NCBI GenBank assembly: GCA_030141605.1
Contig: JAQGDQ010000760.1
Span: 36,838-100,837 of the forward strand
DNA length: 64,000 bases
Direction of reading: 5' to 3'
DNA from: Tubiluchus corallicola
Taxonomy: Eukaryota; Animalia; Priapulida
The notes beneath the pieces were generated by a model, which was not told where the DNA came from, did no database searches, and was given only the letters and a program-made list of their open reading frames with translations. Positions within the stretch are counted from its first letter, which is position 1. Every line of letters starts with the position of its first letter. This document shows, piece after piece, positions 1-17,900 of this stretch. A program made the translations under genes and the position numbers.

Positions 1-1
1 A

Positions 2-3047
<3,046 letters not shown>

Positions 3048-3464
3048 GTATAATCGACGATCATAGTGAAGTTCTTTTATTAGTGCCGTATAAAAAGCTC
3101 TGTCTGAATTCTTGTACATTGTGTAGATAACTGCTACAGACAGAATGCACATTATTAAATTTGTAAAACCTGTAAAATCTTTACCACATTTTTACAAGTC
3201 AATGAAAGATTTGAAGTGATTTTAACTCGTGTGATTTTTTTTAAATTTTTACCCAGAGATTTTATTACAATTGTTGCTTGCAGGGTATATTCCTGCTTTA
3301 TTATGCATTTACCGTCCACTTGCCAACATAAACAAGACACACGTCTGCCTCACTGCCAGTGTACAACATTGCTAAAATGCAAATCAATTTGGTACATGTT
3401 TAATAATCATAATTCAATTCTCAAAATATGTTAATTAACAGCAAGTACTTTGTTAATTTTAACC

Positions 3465-3570
3465 CTTTAATATCAGTTACCATACTGGGTTACTTTAGCC
3501 GTTAATATTGATTACCACATTGGGTTACTTTAGCCTTTAATATTGATTACCACATTGGGTTACTTTAGCT
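3465..3570 (+). repeat. Tandem repeat, ~3 x 34 bp, in the putative PAK 3' UTR
   Basis: ttaatattgattaccacattgggttactttagcc occurs three times with few changes. Confidence 0.85.
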
Positions 3571-6500
3571 TCAGCCATTTGTTACTTTTAAATGTCCATA
3601 GTCTTGAAGTCCTAAACAATATACTTCTACAGTCTTTAATGGCACACTAGAAGTTTGGGGTATAACTAGTTAAATAGTTTGATGAATGATTCCAATTCAT
3701 TGACACCTGATCAGCGATAATGAGTTTACCTGTGACTCTTCAGGTTTAAAATTGTTTTTTTTAGATTTTCTGTTGAAAGTGTTTTCTTAACTTTAACTTT
3801 TTTGATTCTGTGACTTGCAGGAATAGTTTGCTTAAGCATTCCAAATGTATTTTATCAAACATCAAATTGTTAATGTTTGGAAATAGTTTATACCATTTGT
3901 TGGGGAAATTTCAGAGCATTGTTGGATAATATCTCGCATGTCATCAAATGTCATACAATTACGCCTTGAAAGGAGAATTTTTATACTGCTCAAGCATATA
4001 TACAATTACTGAGGCAGCTATTATTCTTTATTACCTTTGTTGTACATAGTAGTTTATAGCTCCAAAATATAATCATTAGATTTGTGTAATATTTACTATA
4101 GTACTGCATTATAGCATTATTTTGTTTATTTTAGTACTATGTCTATAGCGGTATGGTGTGTAATATTTGTATCATTTTTGGATTTCTTACAATTTAGTAA
4201 TTGTAAAATCTATTTGTTCTTTAGTAGATACTAAATTTTTGCAAAACATCTTTTGACATGAATTTAGTTCAAAATTTAATAAAGACAGTTTTAAAATGCA
4301 GTATACTGTACTTTTCGAAATGTACCAAACTAGTCCCATCCAGAAATTGAGACTATAACACTGTAACGTAGTGTATTATTGGAAAGCATTAAGTACATGC
4401 AAGATTAGATAACAATTATTAATTTTCTCAAATCATTTTTAAAAATTTTATTCTAACAGTTATTCATGTTCCCATCACTTGTACAAGTTTTAAACGTCAA
4501 AGTGGAAAATCTTATATTGTTGTTTACTATTTTTCTGAACTGTACATAAAGTGTAAATTATTTTTATATTTGTTTATGGTACTATTTAGTTTAGCATTCT
4601 TTGGTTACATTATAAATTTAGCCATCATTGCGACAATAAATAGTCAGAGCAGCTTTTTTGTCATACTAACTTTGTTTACTGATTTAGTTAACTATGAAGC
4701 AATCTATTTTTATACTATTGTTGTAAAGCTTGTGTACAATGTACAGTGAGTGTTTTAATTAATTACTGTGGTGAATTTTTATTTTTAATTAACTATAAAA
4801 ACTTCTCTCTTTATACGTTGTATTGTTGATCGATTGAAATTTTTCGATTTTCATTTTAAAAGTATTTTGGTCATATATTAACAAATTGAAAATGGTTATT
4901 GGTGTGTATAATCATTAGAACAATACAAATGCAAATAAATTTACAATAATTACATCTCAATTATTATATTCATTATTATGTACATTATGACTACTAAGAG
5001 GCACTTAATCAGATATGCATTAAAATTATTAACCTTAACTTTATAACAGGAAAACATATTTCGCAGTGATTATCAGTAGTCTTCTAGTACTAGCCAATTT
5101 CACGCTTCAGTACATTGATCAGAACTTATAATAAATTATTAATAATGTTATTTTTACATTATTAGCAAGAAACCTCATAAGTCACCCATATTATAAAATA
5201 AATGGAATTCCTATTAAAATATATTGCGCCTCACTTTTTAGTATAGGAAAGGTGATTACAACTAGGCCGGGCACTAGTTAGGTTAGTAGCGGTCTACTAT
5301 TTAAAAAAAGTCACCATACAGTCAGCTGATAAGAACCAAAATACCATTTCAAGGATTCACAGTAATCATTTACTGAAAACTAATTTTATTCTCCAAAGGA
5401 CGATCCTAAGTATCATTCTCTTTGCATGTAGTTTTACGCCATCAGCAAAGCTCAAAAAATTTATGCCTACAAGCCAGTTCAAACTGGGACATGTTAAACT
5501 TCTGTCCACCCATTTTGTTACACAATTTAATCCCTGAGCTACTGACCAATAGTCTTTTCCATTTTATCAAATTGTGACAAAATTTTATTTGTTATAGCTC
5601 TACAAATTACAATGTTAAAAAGTGTGCAACTGAATTATCCTATAACGTGTACATAATCTTACCATAAAATTGCATTATGTAGGCACACCTCGTGGATAAT
5701 AAGTTTGAACTGCTACTACACTTGTAATGTCCCCCTACAAAAGGAGGAAGCAGAGAAAATGCTTAAAATGTTGAGTTACCCCAAGACAACAACAACAGAT
5801 CTCTGATTTAATGATTCATTTAAGATGATTTTGGAAAAGATCAATTATGATGTACGCACGAACTCGAGTTTACTGGTGGAATAATTACATTTTCAGCTCA
5901 ATAATATACCGGGTAAATTATAATAAATATAAATAAGAAACTACATATAATAGGTGAGGCAAAGTGACACCCAAGTGGCCACGGCATGTGTTTGGCAACC
6001 AAAGAATAGCACGAGGCTGCTCATTGACTGGACAGGCAATTACCAGGTTGATGCTCATCCTGGGTGATTACATTTGCTATACTGATTCTGGATCTGGAGG
6101 GCTACCATTGATAATTAAATTCCGATCTCACCACAACATCCATGTTAAGTAAACCCTTTCGTTAAATATTGGATAACCTTCAAAACAGCAATGGTATCAA
6201 TTTGTTCTATTTGTTAACTCTGACAAGCAGGAAAAGCATCATAAAACAGCGAAAATATGGGGAAGCTATAAAAACAATTGAACTTTAAACCACAGTAGTA
6301 AAATATTGCCATCAGTTAATGGCATCTCTAGTGAAACATGTATAACAGATCTGCATAGTTAATTAATGAATTACAATCAGTATTTTATCACGTTTCTTTG
6401 TATAACTGATGTGGCATAGTATACGATATCGTGTTCGAGTCACAAAAAATTCTAACATCAATAACATTCTACAACTAAAAAGCTCATAATTACTGCAGAT

Positions 6501-7678
6501 GAACTCCAAAACAAGTCAGTACAATAACACATAATTTATAATAATATATAATGATAGAAATATATAAATGATACATTACCACATATTCCATTTAAAATAA
6601 ACATAGAAAATTTTAATGGCAAAATTAGGTACTACGTACTACTACATACTGTTTAATATATATAGTTTTATCTATATATAATTATTATTTATAACATTTA
6701 TTAAACACTTATACTATTTTCACTACATTTACGGCCATATATCATTTGGTTGGAAAAATAAGTGTTATTGTCAGTAAGTTATTACTGGTATTATAAATAT
6801 AGATTTATATAGTTCAATTAACAACTAAAACTGGCTAAAAATTCAAAGCCAACATTAATTAGAAATTTGACAGTGCAAAAGCTACAAATTGAAACCTTAA
6901 CTGCACACATTGCAGTTAGTGTAATTTTTAAATTTGATTACATTGTCAAGATTGAAAAGATTTCAAGTGATTAAGATTTTATGTCATTTGCATTGTTCAC
7001 AAATACCATAACAAATTAATTCAAAAGTAATGGGTTGCTACAAGAACAAATATAATATACGGCAGACACCATTAAACGTTGAATAATACCGACTTTACAA
7101 ATCAATCCTGTATAGCCTTAAATTTTGCAAAACATTTTTAAGCAAATCAACTGCATTTGAGCCATGGTTTAGATCTTGCTGACATATATTAAGCTCCTTT
7201 AATAATAACGTTAAAATAGCTATTACAAATACATGAAAATGCGTATCAGCAAATAATTATCATATTTGAAGCATAAACAATTCGTACAAAATAATACTTA
7301 CTAAAGAAAATGATAGGACCAAATTTTGTGTCGACAGAGCACAATTTATTTCAAAATAATTTGGTATATAACGATACCAAGCTAAAATCATTGATCAATC
7401 TTTGATCCCTGAATTTTAATCTTTTATTATTATTCAAACATTATCTATGTATCCTATGTGTAATTTCTATCGGATTTCTAGTAATAGCAGCTAAGATAAT
7501 AACTCGGTGAGTTTTCTGCGCCAATCACATGACAAATTTATCTGATATGCTGGCAGTTTTTAAAGTCTCATATAAATTAAATTGCTATAGCTTACCTATG
7601 TGCTCTCTGTGCTGTTAAGCATGTAAATTAACACACATATAAAACCACGTGCAACCTACAAACCATCAATGCAACTAC

Positions 7679-10600
7679 CTAGATAGTGACGTTAGTGTTG
7701 CCACGTTGGATGATTCGTTCTCGCTCTCGGTTCAAACTAATAAAAAAGTTTTCCTCCTGGTGCAGCCGTACAATTTTAATTGCACAAAGACACAGAATAG
7801 CAAACCAATCAATAAATAGCATCCATGCCCCAAACTGTCATAAGATAACACAAAATTATATATAAAAAAAATTGCTAAATTAAAAGTAGAAATTAAAATT
7901 GGAATTCTCAAGTGGCCATGTTAGAGACACGCTTATATCTCGGTTTGCTGGACAAAAGCGGGGAGATGTCCATTCAATTTTACCGATTGTCTGTATTTAC
8001 CGATACTAAGATATATTGTACATCAGTAGGCGCCGTGTGTTAGACACACAGTAATGTAGACTCAATCGCCTAATTGTCTCAAAAACGTCTAGTACAGGCC
8101 ACTCCTCAGCTATATAAGTATAGTATAAGAAATATTATGTAGCTCCTATTATACTTACTAGTATATAAAAACTGTTAGCAATTGACTCATATAACTCCGC
8201 ATAATTGACTCTAAACCACTTACACATGTATGCTGATTAAACCACTAAACACGCTGATGTACAAGCTACACATGTGTAGTTACATGCTGTAAATAAAGAG
8301 ACAGCCCGCCAACTAGTGGTCAGCTCACGAAATAACAGACTGTGTCCATATTATGCGAGAGTTTTTAGCGAACCAGATTTTGTCTGAATTTTCTGATATC
8401 CGTAAAAGCAAGGTCCAGCAAGCCAAGATATGAGTGTACTGTTATTTGCAAAGTCATTAAAATAATATGACGGTAATAGATATTCGACAAATAATTTACT
8501 CTAATGTTCAAAATCTGTTCATCACTTTTATAGCAATTTGGTACAATGTAAATTCCAAATAATTTCCTAAAATTCTCTTAAAAAAATCAAGAAAAGGGAA
8601 TGAAAGTTAAAAACTTCTCTTACTTGTGCAGTACCCATTTGTGTTGAGAATCCATCGCCGTTTATTTTTTCATCAGAAATGTAGCTATTAAATGCTAATG
8701 ATACGTCTACGCATCTAAAAAAATAACACAACGGCAACAATATCAGTGAACTGCATACTGCGCATTTGATAATACAAGCTACCTGTCAAAAAGCTATGAG
8801 TTTGCATGGCATTTGAAATATTGGTTACATACCATGCATGTAGAAGCTGCTAATGTTTTAAAATTAAAGAAAAATGTTTGCCAATTTTAACTGTGCATAA
8901 TTAATAAACTTTCACAATAATAATAATACGTAATTACATATTAATCATATTATGAAAATCAGTAATTATCACAATAATAATAATTTTCACAATATTGTGA
9001 TGATTGTGAAAATTATTACAGAGAAAATCTAAGTGTCTAAGACTTACAGAAAAATGCTTCAGTTGCTGAAATACTACTGACTCATTAATAAATACTTTCA
9101 AGGTTAACATGTACATTAGCACTAGCCGCCTCCAGTTATTCAGTCTGGCTACATCCAAGCTGAACCCAGTAACAAATGCATACAGCAATAAGTTTAACCA
9201 TGCCTAAAGTATAACTAAAATGTGATAACTGGAATGCAGCACAGACAATCCATTAAAAATGGCTCGTTTTGAATAAATTTTAATATTTATTTGCCAACTA
9301 CGACGCATAACAATGGTGCTCATTGAACAACACTTTAGTACCCTTTAATATGACAACAAATTACTTATTTTCAAAGCCTATAAAGGAAGATAACGAGTAA
9401 TGTGCAAAACTGACATGAAAAATGACTTGTTGCCAAAGGCATGCACTGGCACAAAGCAAAATACAAAATGTGAGTTATAAAACTCCTTTGGTTTGAGTGA
9501 CTCAGCCTGTTAACTTAGTGCATACTACCAATAATGAAAGGCAAACAAACCAAACTGAACAAGCACTGTTAATGCTTCAGCAAATGTTAAATACTACAAC
9601 TACATGTAACATTCGAGCATTGTATGATTGAAGCTAAGTGTTTGGGAATAAAAAAACTGTCCTAGTAAGAACACAAAATTATGTAAAAAAAAATCTGGCA
9701 GTATGTATACCACACATTATAAAAATTAAATCTACATAAATATCACACGGTATAATCAGGTGTGTGCCGGTCTGACAGATAATCAGCAATCAGCAAGCAA
9801 ACCTGCATATAAGAACAAATCTGAGACACTTTAATATAAGTAATTGTAACATGGTCTAGTGATATGCAGTTAAGTGAAAATAAGTCGTAATTTAACTAAA
9901 TTTCTGTGACACTTAACTAAACTGTCTAGAAAAGTAACAAAGCAGTTAACCACCAGAAGACAGTTTTTATTCTTTCTAACACATTAAAAGATGTTAACCT
10001 GCATTCATAATTACATGTTTAGCGTTTGCCTTTGCAGAAAATCCAATGCTTTGCAGAATTGCTTTGTTATCGCAGTTAAACAAACAATGTATGACAACAT
10101 ACAGTAGCAACAGCCAAGCAAAACGACCTTGAGCTATGACAAAGAATTGAATTAATTAAACTTTCGGGATTTAATTTTGCCTTCCTACAACCACTATCTT
10201 AAATTCACCGCTTGTTGCAACAATTTTAATGACATTATTTCAAAATAGGCCCTGTGATCGAGATCGAATGGGATCGGACACCTTATTGGCCAGTAGGCAA
10301 AAATAATCGGATGGGATTCAAACACAAGTTGTCACATCGGCACATCCCTAGTTATAATATTTCTTTTTCATTATTCTAACATTACCCAGACAATGCACAT
10401 TATCCATAGCCTCTCCTAATATAGCAATCATTCCACAATATCGAAGAATGTTGTCTACAACTAACTAACAAATATCTAGCAGAAAATTTGGAAACTATTA
10501 TTTCATGCACAAGATATGTAGCATAGGTGAAAAAAGTTCACTGATCTTCCATTTTGTTCATATATAATTGCTTACTTTTCAAAGTGCCCAGTTGTTGTCA

Positions 10601-12389
10601 AACCATCGCACCACGAATTATAACCTGCCGTTAAAACAATGCATGCCACAAAGTGCATAACTAGAAGTAGTCCAGTAAAAAGTAGATTGACAAATGCTCC
10701 ACGGAATGTCCTGAAAGCGAAAATATGCTTACACTATTTTGTCAAAATCACAGATTTTTCCAGACAAAATTATCCTTCTTCATTCAAAAACCTAAAAGTT
10801 TCAGGATTCAAATCTTGAGTCAGTCGAGACTTCACATTTCCTCCCCTTCAGTTAAGTTTGATTTCAAAAATTCAATAATTGTAAGTTCTCAAGTTCTTTC
10901 AATCACCATGTTTTAATGCCATTTTAAAGCACAATATTTGACCGAAGTTGCGACAGAAATGTGGCACATGTGCATTAAATTTAGAAGTTTCCACTTCACA
11001 TTAAAATATGTTTCATGCTCTCAGGCAGTATCTGTAAAGGGCTAGTTCCCAAGGGTTTCTTTTGATGATAGTCTAGCCAATAGTTACATTTGCTGCCAAA
11101 AGAGAGAACTAAAAATTTTATCATGTGCATTAATAAGGTTACTATTTACACAAATATCTGGAATGATACTTCAATGCAAAAAAGCATTTTATTACAAAGA
11201 CAAAACTAAAACAAATTTATAAAAGCGGAAAGAATCATAATAATGGCATTTGCTAACAATCATTCCATTGATGTCCTTTAAATTCCACAACAAGAATGCC
11301 TTTACTATTAAGTAAAAATATACAATGACTTTGCAATTGCGGTACCAAACCAACAGCCAGGCTGAAAAACATGCTGCACTAGGAGCGAACGAACGCCTAC
11401 ACGCTACAAATGCGCCGTGCCCTATATAACCGTGCTCAGCGCACACACTTATATCCATCAATTTGCCACTCTTATCACTATAAAACTCTTAATTGAAAGT
11501 AGAACTACCCATAGCTCACATCAGTTTACTTAATCTGCAGCCATCTTCGTCACAAACAAAATTCAATACAAATTTACACACTGTTTACCAGTTTTACGAG
11601 AACAAAATTCAATTCAATTATAGAGTTCCCAGCTGAAGGGCAGAGATATATCAATACTAACGGCACATTTTTTGGAGCAGAAATTGTGGCAAGACTAATA
11701 CGGTTGTCTGAGGAATGCCTATGGTTTGAAAAACTAATTAAATTCTTCTTTTTTAAGGGATTCAAGTAATTTATTTTTGTATTCCATGTATTTAGTGGTC
11801 TAACATTATACTCACGTCACTTTTCTTATGCTACACCATGCCAACAAAAATTTTCATGCCCGGATATATACCAAATTTTCCACGCAAATTCCAGCCTGGA
11901 CCAACAGGACAATAAGTCACAACAGCTTCATTTTTAATTGGGTAGAGTAGAGCGTAGCACCGCTAAGGTGTACCATTATTACGCCAAAATGCCCAGTGAT
12001 TTCTACATATACACATGCGCAGGTAACGAATATACGCCATCTGACATACTAAATAATATCATAACTTGTTCATTTTCAAGTAAGGATAAAACTTACTCTT
12101 CAGTTTCTTTCATCAAAAACATTCCCATGCGGCAGGTCATAAAAATGGACACTAACATAAAAACAACACCCATAAACACGACATAGCCACAGTTGCTAGA
12201 AGCACCCCAAGTGTGAATATCTATCTTTTGTTTATTTTCTGGTCTGAACTCAGCCTCTGCATACAATATGCAGTTTCCTGCGAAAGAATGGCGGCAAACC
12301 GCAACAGGGATGAAAAACACAAAGGACAACAGCAACGAGAGAACATAGCAACACGTCTGTGCTAAAATTAAAAAATTCCCTATTCCCAT
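7679..12389 (-). CDS. TMEM179: Transmembrane protein 179-like, 4 exons, 224 aa
   Basis: Exons 12389-12097 (MGIGNFLILAQTCCYVLSLLLSF...NCILYA...WGASSNCGY), 10710-10576 (TFRGAFVNLLF...AGYNSWCDGL), 8714-8624 (CVDVSLAF...MGTAQ), 7834-7679 (FGAWMLF...RERERIIQRGNTNVTI*). Phases join to 675 nt. Four transmembrane segments and the C-L-Y, WG..S.C, G...WC and AQFG.W motifs match TMEM179. Confidence 0.88.
7922..8442. mobile_element. Non-autonomous Tc1/pogo-like MITE in TMEM179 intron 3
   Basis: Imperfect terminal inverted repeats: acacgcttatatctcggtttgctggac (~7927) versus gtccagcaagccaagatatgagtgtactg (~8413-8441). Confidence 0.55.
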
Positions 12390-14149
12390 TTTGCACAAAA
12401 AGCTTTGTTAACAAAATCACAAAGTTTTTTCAAAATTAACACTCATGTGACTGTGCATCGTAGGCGTGAGCATATGTTGCACAGAACTATCGAAAATTCT
12501 TATTTTCTGCCGTAGCGCCATCTCGTAAACACGCTTTTTAGCACTGAACATTAACCACAGATTGTTATAGCCAAGTCATTGTTATAATAATAAGCAATTT
12601 ATAAATGTTCAAATTGTAAAGCTCACTTAGCTATTATTTATTCACTTATTTATCTATTCAAGTACATATATTTAGAAATATTGTATGCAAGCATTTATTG
12701 AATTTCCAATTTAAAAACAGATGAAAACAATAAAATGATTGCAAATTACATGTATTCGTCCTGCAGTGACAATGATAGCCTACACTAGTCTGCTGTAAAC
12801 TATATTATAATAGTTCCACTCAAGTGCAAGTTAAAACATTAAAATTATAATTATATGTAATATCAAAAAGATACATAGAAAGGCTCATCATCAGAAAATT
12901 TATCAAAAATGCAATACTCAGTTTGTACCCCATTGTTTAAATAAATATTATGGAAACTACATAAATTGACATGAAAAATTAAAACGATTATGTGTAAAGA
13001 ATAAAATTTAACTCATGAGCCAAAATAAAAAAACTTAGATTGTATTATACAGAATAGAATTATGGGTATGAATGAATGTTAGCATTTTGATACATGGGGT
13101 ACACAAATCTGTCGTTAATATATTTCCTTGCTAATTTTTTGAGTAATGTTAATGAATTAGCTTGCTTAATTTCCAAAGGGATAGCATTCCATAGATATAC
13201 AGCTCATCTGGTAAACGCATTATGATCTATTAGTTGTTAATTCTGATCTGCTTTACGTTAAAAGTTCTCACATTTAAATTGGGAGCAAGTAAAATGGCAA
13301 TCTATTTGAATGAATATTACGTTGGTTTTGTTGACGAATTTGAACATAAATAGAAGAGTGAAACAGTCTCTGTGTGTGCTGATAAGATGGGAATATTTAG
13401 TGACTTTTTTGATTTGGTGGTAGAGTGCATGTTCGTCTTTGATGATTGATATATGAAAAGTCAGATATTAATTCGAATGTTAAGTTTTGCAGGGCATTTC
13501 GTTTTATAAATTTCTCTCTTTGCATTATTTAGAAAATATGGTATCTGTAAATATGGTTGGGACTAAACAGCTAAAATTTAGAATTCACCACGCACAAGAA
13601 ATTATTTCGTGAAACTGATTAGGTTTAGAGTTAGGTTAAAAGTTAGCATTAGGTTCAATTAGGGTTAGGGTGTTGGTATTTAAATTGTGTGAGGAATTGT
13701 AAACTCCTTCCGATTAAGCTTCTAATTTTCTTATTTTATTGTCCCCTAATTTGGCGAAGGAAAAGTCTGCATGCTTCTGGCCCATTTATTGTAAATGTTA
13801 TTGAATTGATTAATGGCTAACTAGCTCAGTTTGTTGTGCACGAATAAACGTAGAAAATTTATTGCTTTGAATTGTTTTATAGTTGCATTGCCCAGTTTAA
13901 AAAGGAAAATTGAAGTATTACAAATTGACAACGCCTGAATTAAGAAGAAGCACACAGTGGAAATTTTTTGAGGTTTATAAATAGTGACTTAAATTTTATT
14001 TTGCCTGAAAATTTCTTTAATTTAATTGTTCATTCAAAAACTAGAAGGCATAGTTTAAAACTTTTTAAAGAGCAGTCACGTCTCGATGTTCCTGAATAAA
14101 CATTACTGTGAAAGTAGTAAATGAATGAACGGAATAATTCTCTGCCATG

Positions 14150-14600
14150 CTGACTGCTGCAGCAATCCTGTTTTAACTGCAGCCCCAAAGCAGAAGCACC
14201 ATCCAAAGAATGCAGTTCGTTGGAACGTAGCCCAAACCTTCTCAATTGTTCCTCACCATGTCCCACATCAACAGACTTTTCTTCAACAAAGATATCGTCA
14301 ATGTATGAATCAGCAGCAGCTCGAATTTCGTTGGCTTGCGGTAAGATTGCTGCCATTATGCCATTATCTTGGGATCCACATACCTACCAAAAGCTAATTG
14401 CATCTTTACGCATGTTCTTATATATTGCATTGATATTTGTGCAACGCAAATTTGTAAATAAGCCTTTCATAAATCTAATCATTTTGCACTTGAGCCATGC
14501 TTTCGCCGTTGTCGGAGGTTTTCTGCATAGTTTCATTACCGTGCAACACTTAGTAAATTCATTAAGCTCCTGATCGATAGTCTGAAACTGGTCCAAGCTT
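14150..14600 (-). mobile_element. Gypsy-like LTR retrotransposon reverse-transcriptase remnant
   Basis: Minus-strand fragments QELNEF.C..., AENLRQ.R, PKIMA and AAILPQ...SYIDDIFV...LRRFGL...LDGASALGL. The YIDD catalytic motif is present; the reading frame is shifted. Confidence 0.65.
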
Positions 14601-14956
14601 GTGTCAGTGCAATGCCTAGACTCTTATATGGATCTGCCATGGAAGCCAAGCAATAAATAGGCACACCACCATTTTCTCAGCAGTCTCCTAGTACACCCAA
14701 CATGTGTGACTAAACATCTTAGTTCAACAACACAACATCAGGTGAATCACGGTGGTAATACGAAATCTGAAGAGGGCACATAATTATGTTTCCCGTAATC
14801 GAATTACGTCGCTCTTTTAACCTTGACAAGCACCAGTGTCACTATCTGTGTTCATGTTTGTGTCGGTCTGTTTTGAGTTTTTCGTCTACTTCGCAACATT
14901 GTTTGTTATGGCACAAGCCAGCTCTCGTAGTTATATGTGGCTGCACAGTTGGCAAT

Positions 14957-17900
14957 ATGGCTGCGCACGTGACGTTTTTACCGGTTTTAGTTTCTCTGCT
15001 TTTTGTTTATTTAGTTTTATTAAATTCCTTTGCTCAATGCGGCAGATTAATAAAGCTTACAGAGGATGACTGGACTCAGATGTTGGAAGGCGAATGGATG
15101 GTTGAGTTGTATGTTTTTTGGAATAGTTAAATAAAATTTTTGAAATCGATGAATTTGAGGAGATACAACTAGAACTTAGAAGCAACTCATTTAATATCTG
15201 GTGCTGTCCCAGGTGAACTTCCCATAGTCTTTTGTATAATGAAGCATGCTTTCTCCTACGGTTGGTCAATTATCTTCTAATTATGCTTTACGTAACTAGC
15301 ATTATCTCTTCTGTCAACTTGTGGAACGAACTTCAGGCAACTTGAAAAGTGCATCCTCACTGAGACAATGTAAAAACACGAAAGACAACTTAGAAGAATT
15401 TAAGTCAAGTAAACCCCCTTCATTTTATAGTAGGGACCAGGGTTGGTCAAATTCATCTTACTAGGATGAGGATGGGTTGTAGTCTACTTGCAGCTCATAT
15501 GTATGGTAATCACATAGTTGCTTCTGTACATTGTCGGTGTGGAGCTTTAGAAGATCCTTGTCATTGCTTTCTCGAATGTCCTCTATATCACAACTAACGT
15601 ATTGACAAGTACTATCGATCTATTTTCAGCCATCATTCACAACGATGTTAACATATTGCTGTTTGGGAATTCATCTTATCCAGTGGCATTTGATAATCAT
15701 ATTATTTTGTTGGTTATTCAATTTATTATTCATACTAAACGATTCCTATGAACTTGCTCATCCATAGTCATGAGTTTTCATAACTTTTTATAAACTCTAG
15801 GCACCGCACTTTGCATCATCTCAAATCACTTTCATTAATCATCCTCCACGTTTACCCATTATTGATAATATGGGTTTTTATTCAACATAAAAACTTAAGG
15901 AACATTGTATGCTAAATTGTATTGAACGACGAAAGCTTTTATGGGGAGATTTTAATGCAGTTTCTTCTGAATCTGTTAGGCAATCCGTTTAACTGTCTAT
16001 TGTATCTTATCTTCACATGTATGTATGTTGTATATCAGATTTGTTTGTTAATGTTTAAACCAAAATGTTTGAAACCACAATTTGCTTACTTATTTTGAGA
16101 CGTTTATTAAAGTGCCAAAAAAGTTGTCCGATTTTACATTCTTGGCATGGTGATTCTGCTGAATTTTTTATTTTTATACTACTTTAATTAGGCCTACAAC
16201 ATTTTATTACTATGTACCGTTTACAGAAGACGACTTGAACAAAATTATTACCCGTGACAGCACCTGTTAGTCTGAGTTAAGTTAACTAAGTCTTTAGGAA
16301 AAAGAATAGCAAAATATTTTTTATAAATTCCTGTAGTTGCAAAAGGTTTTAGGAAATCATTAAATTTTTATAGTTTACTAACAATTTGATGCTGTTGTAT
16401 TATTTTAGTGCAGAGACTACATACACAATTATTTACATGTATTGTAATTTTATTGCTGTACATTTTGTGTATACATGTGTTTATTACAATAAAGTGTAAA
16501 AAGTTTTAAATAATATAATATATATTAGGCCCGTAACGATGCATCGTGACATCTTTTACTACGATATGTGTAAAACTAAGGTGCACCCGTATCGTGATTA
16601 ATGATATTTAGGAAACTGGCTTGACTGCTAACAGCTGAAGCGGTTTGAAAATGTAAGCTGTTTAATCTGTAGTAGGCTACCTGCGTTGTTTGCATATATA
16701 ATTGTGTGAAATGGCAAACGTGAACCAGAAAATGCGCAAGCAACTTTTAAAGCTAAAGTATTGATCTGGTTTGCTTTTCTCTGGTTTGCTTGTGATGTAT
16801 CGTCACAGCCTAGTATATATATATATCTATATATATATATATATATCGTGAATATATATATATATATATACTTTATAAATATATACATATAAATATACAT
16901 ATCATAAATTTTTAGTTACAATCTTGGTAAATGCTACTGGTGTCATAATTTAGTAAAGCCATCTAAAGTATTTCTCAGGAAAAACATTTGTGCAATTGGG
17001 CAAAAGTAAAAAATGAGACTGAAACTGACCTGTTTAAGGCGTCGATCGATTTTTTAAGGAGTCAGAGTGTGAGTAGCTAAATGCCTGACTGACTGTAACA
17101 CCAACTTAAAGTGATACGTTGTAAGACAGCCTTTGATTTTATGATTCAATGGGGAGCCATGATTCTCAAATTACGTAGTTGTATGTTTGCAATGTTTTAG
17201 TTTTTTTCTTTAAGTAATAAGAAGTGACAATTAGCTTATTAAAATAATTTTACCTTAAACACAACTTTTACTTAAAGTTATCACATAGTCTGAATTGAAA
17301 TTTTAAAAGTTCAGCAGTCGGAGTCAATAGACTCAAATTGCAACTGACTTCACAACCTCAGAAATTAGGTTTTCATTTACACTATGGTAGTGTAATTTTG
17401 ATTTTATGTAATTACGGAGACTAAATTCAATCAGACAAATTACATCTCACTATTATATTTGTTAAATTTTATAAGAATCTTCTTACAAATTAGTACAACT
17501 TCAAATCAGTAAAATTATCACTATACCCTACTTATTAATAAGAGAAATATAAAATGACATCTTGTTCATTGGAATCTGGCTAACATTGCGATCAACTTGG
17601 TATTGGTTATGTCAGCATTTTATTTCAACTAGCAAAACCCGGCTCGCTTTGACTTTTGCATTACTGCGCCCTTCTCTCACAAGATAGTTTCAGTCAAGGT
17701 GCAAGTTTTCTCTATCTCTTTCATTCTCTCAACCTCCTTTCTGTCTCTCTCTCCTCTCACACACACACCCTCTTTTTCCTTTCTCTCCCTCCTAGTCATT
17801 TTGCTTTTCCCTTTGAAATTTATTGTTAAACAATTAAAACATCTACATCTAGTTAGAATGCAATTTTGTTATCATTGTATCATACTGTTCCAAGAATTTT

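Noticed and set aside
6408-6450. A-box/B-box-like words (tggcatagt, gttcgagtc) suggesting a tRNA
   Set aside because: Spacing is too short and no cloverleaf can be drawn.
13620-13670. Telomere-like ttaggg tract
   Set aside because: Only two exact units in degenerate sequence; not enough for an interstitial telomere call.
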